Shown here: positions 17,938 through 28,745 of the stretch, in pieces
Position numbering within the stretch: position 1 is the stretch's first letter
How the letters are laid out: every line of letters starts with the position of its first letter
Source of the DNA: a virus
Virus record (IMG/VR): IMGVR_UViG_3300012971_000001
Location: 32,001-96,000 of that record
Direction: 5' to 3' (one strand)
Length of the DNA: 64,000 nucleotides
Position numbers and translations under genes: made by a program
The notes under the pieces: model-generated
What the model saw: only the letters and a program-made list of their open reading frames with translations
What the model was told of the DNA's origin: nothing
Databases searched by the model: none

Positions 17938-18319
17938 TGCAGTAGCAATGCGGAATATGGGCACCTTCGGCCGAACTATCATGGCAGGTGGCCCGGGCAG
18001 CGGTCGCCATCCCGGTGGCGGAAGCCAGGAAGACCAGGCAAAGGCGGATGGAGGGAAGCTTCACTCTGCCCTGTCGGAGCATGGCTTTAAGTACTCTAGC
18101 ACCGAACACGACGACCCGAGCGGAGTTGATGAGCACACATACTCGCATCCGAATGGCGAGAGCGTGAGCTTTGCCAGCTATGGCGGCGGCCCGTCGAAAG
18201 GCGGCAACACCGAATGGGAGCACAAAGACTCCAGCGGTGACAGAATCCGCAGAGGTGAAGGTGCCAAGTCGTTCGGTCAGCACATGGAACGCCATTACGG
18301 CGTAAATAAAATGAAATGA
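17924..18319 (+). CDS. Small putative internal head protein with IMA-GGPGSGRH tag
   Basis: AGGA then ATG 17924; MRLSDAV...RTIMAGGPGSGRHPG; LSEHGF...YSHPNG...WEH. Confidence 0.6.
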   Translation: MRLSDAVAMRNMGTFGRTIMAGGPGSGRHPGGGSQEDQAKADGGKLHSALSEHGFKYSSTEHDDPSGVDEHTYSHPNGESVSFASYGGGPSKGGNTEWEHKDSSGDRIRRGEGAKSFGQHMERHYGVNKMK

Positions 18320-18804
18320 GCAACTGTCCGCCTATCCCGAATTTAGCCTGTGCATTGGGCAGCATGCTGGACTTTCAGTTCAACATGGCAAAATCCGGTC
18401 TGCCTGCATGGCTGCGAGTTAGAAATTTTCCCGACGTGCAGAACGAGGAGGCCATCCAGCTTGGCTTCGACTTACAGCCGACCGGAGGCAAGGGCGGCGT
18501 GGGCACGACAGACATGCGGATCATGCCGCAGCCGATCATAGAAAATGTCTCGATGCATAACATCGGCCAGAGCCTGGGCAAGCTGTTGTTCGGCGCCAGG
18601 AAATTTACGGTGTCGCAGACGTTTGTCTGCAATGCCATGGCACAGCTGCACTTACAGCAGTGGCGGGACGTGTGGGAGCATCCGAAAATCGTCGGCATCG
18701 TAACCGAGGGCGTTTTATTCAGCATCGAGAGCGTCGGGCATACCGATATACAAGGTTGTCCGGTAACATGGGAATTGCTGTGCAATGCCAATGAGAGGAA
18801 GTGA
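18316..18804 (+). CDS. Probable head-closure/stopper protein
   Basis: Position in the connector cluster; beta-rich C-terminus (EGVLFSIESV...WELLC). Confidence 0.5.
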   Translation: MSNCPPIPNLACALGSMLDFQFNMAKSGLPAWLRVRNFPDVQNEEAIQLGFDLQPTGGKGGVGTTDMRIMPQPIIENVSMHNIGQSLGKLLFGARKFTVSQTFVCNAMAQLHLQQWRDVWEHPKIVGIVTEGVLFSIESVGHTDIQGCPVTWELLCNANERK

Positions 18805-18806
18805 CT

Positions 18807-18983
18807 ATGCCGTTGAAGAAAGGCTACGGAAAGAAAACCTTCCAACATAACGTAGCCAAGTCGATCAAGGAAGGCAAGAAACCAAATCAAGCCGTAGCTA
18901 TCGCGTACAACCAGCAGCGGGAAGCAAAGCGTGACGTAGCTTCGGCCATCGGCTTCATCAAGAAGATGAAAGGCAAATCATGA
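18807..18983 (+). CDS. Small basic conserved phage protein (MPLKKG...QAVAIA family)
   Basis: MPLKKG...GKKPNQAVAIAY, a motif common in phage head modules. Confidence 0.7.
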   Translation: MPLKKGYGKKTFQHNVAKSIKEGKKPNQAVAIAYNQQREAKRDVASAIGFIKKMKGKS

Positions 18984-19228
18984 AGGATGTATTTATCCGG
19001 CGCAAGCACCTACACGGGAACCTGTCGGAGCTGCTGCGCTGTCAGGTGCTGTCGGAAAACGGGGACAAGCTGCGAGTCAAGCCGGAAGGCTCGATGGCTC
19101 CGATAGAAATCAATCGATCGGAAGTAATGCCGGCAAACAAGATGACGGGAGCCAAGGATAGAGTAGCACTGGTACAGCAGCTGTTTCCGACTTCAGCCGG
19201 TGCCATGCATAACCGGCTTCCCAGATAG
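18980..19228 (+). CDS. Hypothetical protein
   Basis: 82 aa, ATGA-coupled to the previous gene. Confidence 0.55.
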   Translation: MKDVFIRRKHLHGNLSELLRCQVLSENGDKLRVKPEGSMAPIEINRSEVMPANKMTGAKDRVALVQQLFPTSAGAMHNRLPR

Positions 19229-19337
19229 ATGACGGATTCAACAGATGAAAGAAGAAAGGAAGTTCAGAATGAGAGTCCAGCTTGAGAACGACGAGTTAGC
19301 GACGCCGAAACCGTCAAATAAGTCAGGAGACGGAAAT

Positions 19338-19931
19338 ATGGCCGACACGAAAGAAAAAGAGCATCAGCATAAGCAGACTACGGTTCAGGAGCATTCCGGC
19401 ACCGTTGCCAAGACGCACAAGGACGGCGAAGAAGTCGAGACGCTCGTAGCCAGCACGAATCTGATCGGCGACGCGACCACGCTGCTTGGCATGACACCGA
19501 CCGCAGCAAGCGTCGCTCTCGCCACTAACCCGAACGGACCGCTGCAGGACATCAGCGGCAACGTCGGGCTGGTGCTGAACCATTTCAAAGAGGCGGCAGC
19601 GCTGCTGAAAATCGTCAACACTGTGACCGATGCGGCAGATACAGACAAGGCCAAATTCACCGGCGTTGTCAACGCACTGACCGGAGGCGGCAGCCCAAGC
19701 GGGACCCTGCTCGCAGATATGGCTTCAGCCTTAGCCACGGCGCCGACGGCAGCCAGCGCTGCATTGGCCATCAGCCCCAACGGCCCGATCATCGACGCGC
19801 CCGGAAGCGCCGATCTGGTCAATCTCATGCTGAAGGAAGCAAAGATGATCCTGGCCCTCGTCAATCGCGTGATGGACGCGTCAGATCCGATGAAGACCAT
19901 CGTCGGCAATCTGAGCCAAGCATTGGTGTAA
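19338..19931 (+). CDS. Probable virion protein with an internal two-fold repeat
   Basis: AGGAG then ATG 19338; two roughly 75-aa units (PTAAS.ALA..PNGP..D..G...LV....KEA). Confidence 0.6.
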   Translation: MADTKEKEHQHKQTTVQEHSGTVAKTHKDGEEVETLVASTNLIGDATTLLGMTPTAASVALATNPNGPLQDISGNVGLVLNHFKEAAALLKIVNTVTDAADTDKAKFTGVVNALTGGGSPSGTLLADMASALATAPTAASAALAISPNGPIIDAPGSADLVNLMLKEAKMILALVNRVMDASDPMKTIVGNLSQALV

Positions 19932-19934
19932 CTT

Positions 19935-20327
19935 ATGGCGCCGGGCGGATGCTGCAGCGGCGGCGATGAAGTCAATGTCATCGACTTCACACAGGGAGAT
20001 GACTGGGCGAGCAGCGTTACTGTCTACGATGACAGTGGCGCTGCAGCCGACCTGACCGGATTCACCGCCGAAGCGCAGATCCGCCGAGATGTAGCAGATC
20101 TTGATCCAGAGGTTGCAGCAGAGATAACGACGGAAATTGTATTGCCCAATATCATCGTGCTGTCGCTGTTACACGGAGTAACAGCGTTACTGTCGGGCAA
20201 TTACGTGTGGGATCTGGAGCTGACGTCGCCCAACGGTGCCGTGCAGACGATCCTCAGCGGCACGGTAGTCGTTACGCCGGAAGTAACCCGACCTGCCGGC
20301 CTGGTCTTGCAATACTCTGAGATATGA
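19935..20327 (+). CDS. BppU-N-like fibre anchor/adaptor protein
   Basis: QGDDW...[13 protein letters not shown]...YVWDLEL...LSGTV.V.PEVT pattern, directly before the collagen fibre gene. Confidence 0.6.
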   Translation: MAPGGCCSGGDEVNVIDFTQGDDWASSVTVYDDSGAAADLTGFTAEAQIRRDVADLDPEVAAEITTEIVLPNIIVLSLLHGVTALLSGNYVWDLELTSPNGAVQTILSGTVVVTPEVTRPAGLVLQYSEI

Positions 20328-23300
20328 ATGGAAACGGAAACGGCAAGAAATTCACTGCATCGCTTCGGAAGCCACCGAAGCAGCTTTCCGCATCGCTAAA
20401 ACCAGCCCAAAAATTCAGCACAAGCGGCGTAGTGACAGAAACCATGCCTGTGCCAGGGCCTCCCGGCCCGCCGGGGCCAGAAGGGCCGCAGGGACCTATC
20501 GGACCTGAAGGACCGCAAGGCACAACCGGAGCGCCCGGCACACCCGGAGCACAGGGCCCGCCTGGAGCGCAGGGAGCAACTGGCCCGCAGGGGCCGGAAG
20601 GATTGACCGGGCCAAAAGGCGTGCAAGGCGATCCGGGGCCTATTGGACCGCCTGGAAATACAGGGCCAGCGGGGCCTGCAGGACCGATGGGGCAGCCCGG
20701 CCCGATGGGACCACAGGGCACGCAAGGGCCGACCGGACCGCAGGGCATAGATGGAGTGCCCGGTCCGCAGGGTCCGCAGGGATCAGCTGGTCCGATCGGT
20801 CCGCAAGGTCCGCAAGGCGTAATCGGCTTGACCGGGCCACAGGGAGCCAAAGGCGATACCGGAGCACAGGGATTGCCTGGGCAGCAGGGACCGGCAGGCC
20901 CGACTGGAACTCAGGGTCCGATGGGGCCGAAGGGAGACCCAGGCACGACGGGAGCAACCGGCCCGCAAGGTCCAGCTGGAACGCAGGGGCCAGTCGGCCC
21001 AGCCGGAGCAGCCGGTGCCACGGGACCAAAAGGAGATCCTGGAATAGCAGGCCCGGCAGGACCTCAAGGGCCGCAAGGAAATCAGGGAGCACCCGGTGCG
21101 GTGGGAGCCACGGGTCCGCAAGGAGCGCCTGGCACGCCGGGAGCAGCAGGCCCAGCAGGACCGACAGGGCCACAGGGAGTAACGGGTCCGCAAGGCTTGC
21201 AGGGAGCGACTGGAGATCCCGGCACACCCGGAGCACAGGGGCCGACTGGGCCAACCGGACCGCGCGGTGCCACCGGCCCGGCAGGACCGCAAGGAATTCA
21301 GGGTCCGCAGGGAGTTGGAATAGAAATAAAAGGCACCGTGCCCACCGAGGCAAACCTGCCAGCAACAGCTAATCCCGGCGATGCTTACATTGTAGCAGAC
21401 ACCGGGCATATGTGGGTCTGGGATGCACAGACGGGCTGGGTAGATGCTGGAATGGTGCAGGGACCTCCCGGCCCGCAGGGCATTCAGGGGCCTGCCGGCG
21501 CCACCGGAGCAGTTGGCCCTCAGGGTCCGCAGGGAGTGCAAGGAACTCAGGGTCCGAAGGGTGATCCGGGTTTGACGGGAACGACGGGGCCTGCAGGCCC
21601 TACGGGGCCACAGGGTGTGCCTGGTCCCGAGGGGCAGGCGGGCCAGACAGGGCCTCAGGGGCCGACTGGGTTAACGGGAGCAGAAGGGCCTGTCGGACCG
21701 CAGGGACCACAGGGTGCCACCGGCCCTACGGGGCAGCAGGGCGCGACGGGCGATCCTGGCCCTACCGGACCGACTGGAAATACCGGCCCTGCCGGTGCAG
21801 CTGGTCCGCAGGGTGCAGCTGGTCCGCAGGGAGATCCTGGCATTCAGGGACCAAAAGGAGATCCTGGCCCTACGGGTCCGCAGGGGCCACAAGGCGTGCC
21901 TGGACCGCAGGGAATAAAAGGCGACACTGGCGCGCAGGGCGCGACCGGGCAGCAGGGGCCGCCTGGAACGACCGGAGCCACTGGCCCTGCCGGTCCGCAA
22001 GGCACACAGGGCTTGCCAGGGCCACAGGGCGATCCTGGTGCAACTGGTGCGCAGGGACCAGCTGGAGCGACTGGCGCGACTGGAGCACAAGGCCCGAAGG
22101 GCGATACGGGTGCAGATGGAGCGACTGGGCCTCCCGGCGCAACTGGCAATACCGGACCAGCAGGGCCGCAGGGATCTCAGGGCGTGAAGGGCGATCCTGG
22201 CACGCCTGGTGCGACTGGCCCGGCAGGTGCACAGGGGCCAGCAGGTCCGACTGGCGCTCAAGGTCCGCAAGGCCCGCAGGGATTGCAGGGTGCCCAAGGT
22301 CAGCAGGGACCCGTGGGCGATACTGGTGTCGCGGGGCCGCCGGGACCGATAGGCCCTGCAGGCCCGGTGGGGCCGGAAGGTCCGCAAGGCGTGCAGGGTC
22401 CGGTCGGACCAACCGGAGCGACTGGCCCGCAAGGCCCAAAAGGCGACCCTGGACCGCAGGGCGTAGCCGGACCTACCGGCCCAATCGGAAATACCGGCCC
22501 TGCTGGCCCTCAGGGAGTAAAAGGCGACACAGGGCTGACCGGCCCGCAAGGCCCGATTGGAAATACTGGCCCTCAGGGCGCGAAAGGCGACCCCGGCGCG
22601 ACGGGAGCTACCGGGGCAACGGGACCGCAGGGACCAATTGGAAATACAGGCCCGGCTGGCCCGCAAGGACCTACGGGTGCAGATAGCACGGTGCCCGGAC
22701 CGCCCGGAGCGACAGGGCCAGCAGGTCCGCAGGGACCAAAAGGTGATGCCGGACCACAGGGCTTGACCGGCTCGCAAGGCCCTCCCGGCGCAGCCGGATC
22801 GACCGGACCGATTGGGCCAGTAGGGCCGCAGGGAGCGCAGGGAAATCCCGGCATTCAAGGGCCGAAAGGTGACACGGGAGCTACTGGCCCGCAGGGATTG
22901 ACAGGACCACAGGGATTAACAGGACCACAGGGAGTCGCTGGTCCGACCGGACCTACGGGAGCCACGGGTCCGCAGGGACCGATTGGAAATACGGGTGCCA
23001 CAGGCCCGCAGGGTCCGCAAGGTATACCAGGAGTCATCCAAGGCGTGCAGGACGAGGGCACGAACCTGCCCGGGCGTCAATATATTAATTTCATCGGCGG
23101 TGCAGTTACCGCAGTAGATGACTTGGCCAACAATCGAACAAATATCACGATCCCAAGCGTGACGCCAGCCGGAAGCACGGGCTACGTACAGTTCAACAAC
23201 GCCGGAGCGTTCGGCGCATCGTCCGCATTGTTCTGGGACATCACCAATACGCGGCTCGGCATAGGCACGACGACGCCGAATGTAAAGCTTGACGTGAGAG

Positions 23301-26185
23301 GCAACGTCCAGATCGGCAGCACGGGCGTGACCGGCAGCACGGGATGGCCATTGGTCATCGCAGATAGCAGCGGCCTGGGCACGAAAGAAATGGACGGCAG
23401 CGGCGTCAGCAAGATAGAGACGTATGTCGGCTCCGGCGGTGCCAACGAGCTGAGGCTGCTCAACAGCATGAAGCTGATCGGGCAGGCGCAAGACTTGGTG
23501 CTCGGCACAAGCAGCTTCGGGCAGGCAATCAGAATATTAAATTCCGACGGCAGCACGCGGCTGAGCGGGAACCTTACCTTCGCCACAGATAATTCGTACG
23601 ATATAGGCGCCAGCGGTGCCGTGCGGCCGCGGAATATTTTCGTAGCCACGAGCATATACACGCCGTCAGCAACGATCTCCGGCTTAGCAGGCGTGGGCAC
23701 GCGGATGGTGGTGACAGATGCCAACGGGTTGCTGGGCGCGCAGGCAATTCCCAGCGGCGGCGGAGGCGTTACCTCTGTCTTTACCCGGACGGGTGCGGTG
23801 ACTGCACAGGCAGGAGATTACACCGCAGCACAGGTGACCAATGCAGTGTCTACTGCTGGCAGCTATGCAGATCCTGCATGGATCACATCGCTGAGTTACA
23901 GCAAGCTTTCGGGTGTGCCAGCTGGAGCAGTAGCCAGCGTTTTCGGAAGAACAGGCGCAGTAGTTGCAGCAAGTGGCGATTATACAGCAGCACAGGTGAC
24001 CAATGCGGTGAGCACGCTGGGAAGCTATGCAGACCCTGCGTGGATCACGTCGTTGAATTATAGCAAGATTGCCGGTTCGCCATCGACTGCACAGATTGCC
24101 GCGATGCAGACGCCGTGGTTGCAGAATATAGATGCGGCAGGGTATAGCCTGAATCATCTTTCATCGATCCAAGGCCCGACGGGCGCCGGGGATCATACCG
24201 TCTACATTCTTGGCGGCGGTGGGTTGCAAATTGGCCCGTTGACTGGTCAGCACTGTATCTGGATCGGAGGCGATGACACAACGCTGGACATGTGGTGGGG
24301 CGGTGCGGGTCAAGACCGTTGGGTTACTGGTTTGATCAACACTACTGCGGTCGATGCAATTTCCCCTACTGGAAACGACTTTGCGTTCCGGGCGTGGAAC
24401 AATGGGGCCTATCAATCTACACCGCTGACACTGTTCAGAGGTACGGGCTACGTCGGAATCAATAAGCCTACCGCTGCTGCCTACCAGCTGGATGTTGCAG
24501 GCGATGTTGCTGTTACCGGCTATATCTACTTCAACAGCGTCGGCGGTGCAGGCAATCAGGCTTACATCTACAACAGCGTCGGCACGTTCTCGATGATCGC
24601 GCCCAACGGCGTGAATCTCAACCTGGAATCAGACGGCACGGGCCGGGTGTTGATGTCGACCAACGGCACGCGGCGGCTGGTGGTCCATTCCGGCGGCAAC
24701 GTGGGCATCGGCCCCAGCATGAATCCGTCTTACACGCTGGATGTGCAGGGCGATTGCAACATCAGCGGTACTTACTGTGTGAACGGTGTTCCACTTTCGA
24801 CTGGGCAGAACCAGACGCCGTGGCTATCCGACATTGACGGCGGTACGCACCTCCTCAGCAACATCGGCGTGGGCGGATCTCTCGTCGCCGGGATCACATT
24901 GAACAACTACGTCTCATACGCCCTCAAGGATTCTAGTGGTAGTGGTCGGAGCGTGACGTTTCTTGACAATGCGAACCCGGATAACCTACATATCCGTAAC
25001 AACCAACGTGGTGTTGGCGGCGCGATCACCTTTGACACCCAGGCTGGTGGCGTAGAGAGTATGCGAGTCACTGCCACTGGATACCTCGGTATCGGCACGA
25101 CGACGCCGGCCTTCCCGTTGTCTTTCGGCACCGGACTCGGAAACAAGATCGCTCTCTATGACAATGTTAGCGCCTTCTTCGGCTTTGGTATTCAGCCTGG
25201 TCTGTTCCAGGTATTTGCCAATAGTTCCGGCGACCGCATTGGTTTTGGCTACGGCAATAGCGCATCGTTCACGGAAGGAGTAAGTATAACGAATGGTCGT
25301 CTTGGTGTAGGAACTACCGGCCCGTTTTATTCTTTGCACGTCGCTTCGTCAGCAACAAGTGGATCTACGCCCGTTTATCATTCGGCTAATACTCCGTTCT
25401 CGATTGATAATCCAGGCAGTGCAGAGCTAGTAATAGCCATGTTGGGCGCTAGCCCATACACTTACTGGATTCAGAATCGCGGGCCAGCCGGTGCTTTCCC
25501 GATCGCGCTGAATCCTGCTGGTGGATTTGTCGGGATAGGAACTTCATCTCCTCAGTACCTGCTTGAAGTCAATTATAATGCCAGTCAGCTAGGCACTGCA
25601 ACTGGTAATTCTTTGAATATAGCTCGGTTTGATTTTATTGCTTCGAATAATGTCTTTCTACAGATAACTGGCAGTCGTACATTGAGCGGCAGTGACTGGA
25701 CTACGGCTGCTTTTAAGTTACAGCACGTTGTCGATTCGACTCAGATGGGATATATCTCGTTCAATCCATCGAATGCGAATACTCAGAGTATTGGGTTTGG
25801 ATATGGATCTAACGAATTATTCCGGATTGGTGGGGATGGTATTGTTTATGTTGCTAGTTCCTGGGCACGATTTGCTATACAGACTGCTGGGGTGTCTGTT
25901 GCTGCGATGCTTTCAATGGATGGCAGCGGCAATACGATTTTCGACGTTCCGAACACTGGCACTGCTAACGGTTCGATGATTCTTAGTACCAAGGGCACTG
26001 GTCGAGTAATCGCCAGGCAGTCCGGTTACACGAACATTTTCGTCCCGACTTCAGCAATTCCAGATGGAGAAGTGATTGGAACTTGTATGGCATTTTGGCT
26101 AGATCAGGGAAGCAACCGGATTGTGTTTCGAGTCAGGTATAACGATGGAACAACAATGAAGACCGGATACGTTACTTTAGCATGA
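20324..26185 (+). CDS. Giant collagen-like fibre protein (1953 aa) with C-terminal fibre/adhesin repeats
   Basis: Two long Gly-X-Y tracts, then repeated G.VGIGT..P modules typical of phage fibres. Confidence 0.88.
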   Translation: MNGNGNGKKFTASLRKPPKQLSASLKPAQKFSTSGVVTETMPVPGPPGPPGPEGPQGPIGPEGPQGTTGAPGTPGAQGPPGAQGATGPQGPEGLTGPKGVQGDPGPIGPPGNTGPAGPAGPMGQPGPMGPQGTQGPTGPQGIDGVPGPQGPQGSAGPIGPQGPQGVIGLTGPQGAKGDTGAQGLPGQQGPAGPTGTQGPMGPKGDPGTTGATGPQGPAGTQGPVGPAGAAGATGPKGDPGIAGPAGPQGPQGNQGAPGAVGATGPQGAPGTPGAAGPAGPTGPQGVTGPQGLQGATGDPGTPGAQGPTGPTGPRGATGPAGPQGIQGPQGVGIEIKGTVPTEANLPATANPGDAYIVADTGHMWVWDAQTGWVDAGMVQGPPGPQGIQGPAGATGAVGPQGPQGVQGTQGPKGDPGLTGTTGPAGPTGPQGVPGPEGQAGQTGPQGPTGLTGAEGPVGPQGPQGATGPTGQQGATGDPGPTGPTGNTGPAGAAGPQGAAGPQGDPGIQGPKGDPGPTGPQGPQGVPGPQGIKGDTGAQGATGQQGPPGTTGATGPAGPQGTQGLPGPQGDPGATGAQGPAGATGATGAQGPKGDTGADGATGPPGATGNTGPAGPQGSQGVKGDPGTPGATGPAGAQGPAGPTGAQGPQGPQGLQGAQGQQGPVGDTGVAGPPGPIGPAGPVGPEGPQGVQGPVGPTGATGPQGPKGDPGPQGVAGPTGPIGNTGPAGPQGVKGDTGLTGPQGPIGNTGPQGAKGDPGATGATGATGPQGPIGNTGPAGPQGPTGADSTVPGPPGATGPAGPQGPKGDAGPQGLTGSQGPPGAAGSTGPIGPVGPQGAQGNPGIQGPKGDTGATGPQGLTGPQGLTGPQGVAGPTGPTGATGPQGPIGNTGATGPQGPQGIPGVIQGVQDEGTNLPGRQYINFIGGAVTAVDDLANNRTNITIPSVTPAGSTGYVQFNNAGAFGASSALFWDITNTRLGIGTTTPNVKLDVRGNVQIGSTGVTGSTGWPLVIADSSGLGTKEMDGSGVSKIETYVGSGGANELRLLNSMKLIGQAQDLVLGTSSFGQAIRILNSDGSTRLSGNLTFATDNSYDIGASGAVRPRNIFVATSIYTPSATISGLAGVGTRMVVTDANGLLGAQAIPSGGGGVTSVFTRTGAVTAQAGDYTAAQVTNAVSTAGSYADPAWITSLSYSKLSGVPAGAVASVFGRTGAVVAASGDYTAAQVTNAVSTLGSYADPAWITSLNYSKIAGSPSTAQIAAMQTPWLQNIDAAGYSLNHLSSIQGPTGAGDHTVYILGGGGLQIGPLTGQHCIWIGGDDTTLDMWWGGAGQDRWVTGLINTTAVDAISPTGNDFAFRAWNNGAYQSTPLTLFRGTGYVGINKPTAAAYQLDVAGDVAVTGYIYFNSVGGAGNQAYIYNSVGTFSMIAPNGVNLNLESDGTGRVLMSTNGTRRLVVHSGGNVGIGPSMNPSYTLDVQGDCNISGTYCVNGVPLSTGQNQTPWLSDIDGGTHLLSNIGVGGSLVAGITLNNYVSYALKDSSGSGRSVTFLDNANPDNLHIRNNQRGVGGAITFDTQAGGVESMRVTATGYLGIGTTTPAFPLSFGTGLGNKIALYDNVSAFFGFGIQPGLFQVFANSSGDRIGFGYGNSASFTEGVSITNGRLGVGTTGPFYSLHVASSATSGSTPVYHSANTPFSIDNPGSAELVIAMLGASPYTYWIQNRGPAGAFPIALNPAGGFVGIGTSSPQYLLEVNYNASQLGTATGNSLNIARFDFIASNNVFLQITGSRTLSGSDWTTAAFKLQHVVDSTQMGYISFNPSNANTQSIGFGYGSNELFRIGGDGIVYVASSWARFAIQTAGVSVAAMLSMDGSGNTIFDVPNTGTANGSMILSTKGTGRVIARQSGYTNIFVPTSAIPDGEVIGTCMAFWLDQGSNRIVFRVRYNDGTTMKTGYVTLA
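20456..23032 (+). repeat. Coding 9-bp-period collagen repeats (about 96 plus about 174 Gly-X-Y triplets)
   Basis: Tracts at 20456-21318 and 21461-23032, separated by a roughly 47-aa globular spacer (IEIKGTV...GDAYIV...WVDAG). Confidence 0.9.
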
Positions 26186-26255
26186 GAAGGAGAAGTTAGA
26201 TCATGAGCGTTGGGTTGATACAGATGCCACAAAGAAAAAGAAAAAGGAGATAGCA

Positions 26256-26549
26256 ATGGCATTGACTTACACAGACTCCAACGCGCTCATGAACGACTTC
26301 GACTTTCGCGGGCGCATCAAGGTAGCTGCACTTCACTATGCGGACTACATCATGAACGAAGCAACCAACACGCCTGGCCACACGTCCCGGCTGCGCTGGG
26401 CCAGTGCTACGTTCCAGAGCCCGGATCAGGCGGCCCAATCGTTGCATTCGCCGGTGGTAATGGACCCGGCGGTGCAGGCAGATGGTGCTGCCATCATCGA
26501 CACCAACCTGCAGAGCGCGGTGGAGAACACGATCAACAAATTGATCTGA
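26256..26549 (+). CDS. Small fibre-associated hypothetical protein
   Basis: AAGGAG Shine-Dalgarno, 97 aa, follows the fibre gene. Confidence 0.65.
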   Translation: MALTYTDSNALMNDFDFRGRIKVAALHYADYIMNEATNTPGHTSRLRWASATFQSPDQAAQSLHSPVVMDPAVQADGAAIIDTNLQSAVENTINKLI

Positions 26550-26578
26550 GGATAGAATGACGAGGAGGATAGAAAAAG

Positions 26579-26965
26579 ATGCAAACAGTATTCCTGACGT
26601 TCTATAAGCGGATCACTCTGTGGAATATGGTGGGCAACCATAGCGTGAGCGGACTCAAGCAGGCAGAGGTATATCTGCGGTTGATCGGCAAGCTACGCCC
26701 GACGGACGAAGAAACGGAATCGGTTAATCTTCAGAACAACGGGATGGGTGTGAGCTGGCAGCTGCCGGTGCCGACGTTCGGCGACAAGGACATAGAGCTG
26801 GAGCGATCGGAAGCAGATGCACTTATCGCAGCCATAGAAGTAGCGCAGTTCCGGGTGGTAGATGCAGCGTGGCTGCAGGAGATAGCAGACCAGCTAAAGA
26901 AGAAACCACCAAAAAAAGAAACAGACGAGGCCAGGGCAGAGGTTGAAGAACCGGTGCTCAACTAA
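26579..26965 (+). CDS. Putative fibre assembly chaperone (paralogue of 48516-48902)
   Basis: GAGGAGG Shine-Dalgarno; shares DIELE..E...L and D..WL with the gene after the second fibre. Confidence 0.55.
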   Translation: MQTVFLTFYKRITLWNMVGNHSVSGLKQAEVYLRLIGKLRPTDEETESVNLQNNGMGVSWQLPVPTFGDKDIELERSEADALIAAIEVAQFRVVDAAWLQEIADQLKKKPPKKETDEARAEVEEPVLN

Positions 26966-27474
26966 TGAAAGTGACCATGGAATTCGAGGGCCTGGAAAAG
27001 CTGGACAGACTGTTCAGCAACGTGGGCGGACCGCTGTGGGGCGGCGTGAAGGTGGTCGGCAAAGCAGCCGCCTATGCACTGGTCTGGGAATGGGGATCAG
27101 CGCGGATCACGAAGCCAGGCCCAAAGACGACATGGGGCACCAATCCCGCCGGCGATACGGTGGTGCTTACGCTTACCGCGCCGTACGGCTACATTCGCGT
27201 GAATAAGGACCAGTACCTCAGCATACTGCGGGAGGAGGTTAAGAACGCACGCCTGACAAGGGTAAAGCCGGAGAACTTCGAGAATGCTCTAAAGGACGCC
27301 CTCAGCAGGGCTGAGATTCGCTGTTCGTTATTAATCTCTGAAACTGCCCCTATCGACAGTGGTGACTTGAGGATGAGTATTCAGCCAACGGGAGTTAACG
27401 CACCGATTCTGTTCACCGGGACGCCGAACCTGTTCGGGCCCACCGAATTTGACCTCGGGACTGGCTGGATTTAA
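26965..27474 (+). CDS. HK97 gp10-like tail/neck component
   Basis: N-terminal FEGLEKL and APIDSGDLRMSI motif. Confidence 0.65.
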   Translation: MKVTMEFEGLEKLDRLFSNVGGPLWGGVKVVGKAAAYALVWEWGSARITKPGPKTTWGTNPAGDTVVLTLTAPYGYIRVNKDQYLSILREEVKNARLTRVKPENFENALKDALSRAEIRCSLLISETAPIDSGDLRMSIQPTGVNAPILFTGTPNLFGPTEFDLGTGWI

Positions 27475-27500
27475 GAACTATGTGGTATCGTGTCTCATCT

Positions 27501-28004
27501 ATGGGTAGACCAAGTATGGGGCGGGATACTGCATCGCTACAGCAGCGCTTTTTACGCTACGTCGACAAGACATCTTCGCCTAAGGGCTGCTGGCTTTGGA
27601 CGGGCGCAAAAGATCGGGACGGTTATGGCAGCTTTAAGATACGAGTTGATGGTAAGTTAGAACAGCGCGCGCATCGCATTGCGTATATCTGGTGGAAGGC
27701 ACCTATTCCAGATGGCTCGTGGATGCTGCATAAAGTGGAGTGCAGTGATTCATCGTGTTGTAACCCGGATCATGTGTATGCCGGGAACGCAAGGCAGAAT
27801 TCAAACGACGCTATAACTACGGGTGCTATGCGTCGGGGAGAGGCATCTTCGCATTCTAAACTAACTGCTTTGCAGGTGCGTGTGATAAGGGCATTGTATC
27901 GGCGAGGGCAAGGGACACAAGCTAGTTTGGCTCTTGAATTTGGCGTAGTTCCCTTTGCTATATTTCAGATTATTAAACGTCGGACTTGGAAGCACGTCAA
28001 ATGA
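27501..28004 (+). CDS. HNH homing endonuclease (start 27480-27516)
   Basis: KTSSPKGCWLWTG...AHRIAY...CCNPDH...KLTALQVRVIR...KRRTWKHV. Confidence 0.85.
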   Translation: MGRPSMGRDTASLQQRFLRYVDKTSSPKGCWLWTGAKDRDGYGSFKIRVDGKLEQRAHRIAYIWWKAPIPDGSWMLHKVECSDSSCCNPDHVYAGNARQNSNDAITTGAMRRGEASSHSKLTALQVRVIRALYRRGQGTQASLALEFGVVPFAIFQIIKRRTWKHVK

Positions 28005-28621
28005 AGCTGGACGACTTACTCGCGCTGCATATATGGTCCCGACAGGGAAGGATCATCACTGCCAAAAAGCGGCAGCCGATCGTCTACAATCCCGACGCAG
28101 CAATCAAGGCTCATGTAGACGCCACAGCGGGGAAGCTGCATGATTACTTCGCCAGTGAAAATACCGCGGGCAAACCTATGCGCGCCATGCTGGGCGAGCT
28201 GGTCAAAAACGCACGCATGCTGGGCTTCGAAGATGGCGCGCATTACTCCGGCAAGAAGCTCACCGATGCCTACGTCCAGAAGGTCGACAAGCATGCAAAG
28301 AAATACAGCCGCGAATTGGCGTCGCAGATATCGCAGACGACCAGGAAGGGCCTGAAGAACGAAACGCCTTACGTCACCACGAGTGACCGCGCCACAGCCA
28401 TAGCCGCCCATGAGGGAAGAAAGGCCTACAACAAAGGGCTTTTGGAAGCGATGGGAGGAAATGGCTTTGGAAAATCCTGGATGACGGGAGATAGCCCGTG
28501 CCCGGACTGCCAGGACAACGAAGATGATGACATCATAGATATGAATGATGTGTTTTCCAGCGGGGACGATACGCCGCCAGCACATCCTAATTGCGGTTGC
28601 ACCTTAGGAGTCCACGTATAA
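28001..28621 (+). CDS. Short MuF / SPP1 gp7-like head morphogenesis protein without toxin extension
   Basis: RA..IA..E...KSWMT...CPDC...PPAHPNCGC ending at the C-terminus. Confidence 0.8.
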   Translation: MKLDDLLALHIWSRQGRIITAKKRQPIVYNPDAAIKAHVDATAGKLHDYFASENTAGKPMRAMLGELVKNARMLGFEDGAHYSGKKLTDAYVQKVDKHAKKYSRELASQISQTTRKGLKNETPYVTTSDRATAIAAHEGRKAYNKGLLEAMGGNGFGKSWMTGDSPCPDCQDNEDDDIIDMNDVFSSGDDTPPAHPNCGCTLGVHV

Positions 28622-28745
28622 TGGTGCATTGTTGTCATAATACGTCGATGACTAAAGCGCAACGCATATTCAATCTGATAGTCAGACGCAAGATTTGGAA
28701 AAACATATGAGTGCTACAAGCGCGATAGTGATGGAAGTCGGCGAG

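Noticed and set aside
20272-23061. Several minus-strand Pro/Gly/Cys-rich ORFs and a possible DNA repeat array
   Set aside because: By-products of the collagen codon periodicity; no repeat-spacer structure, so not CRISPR.
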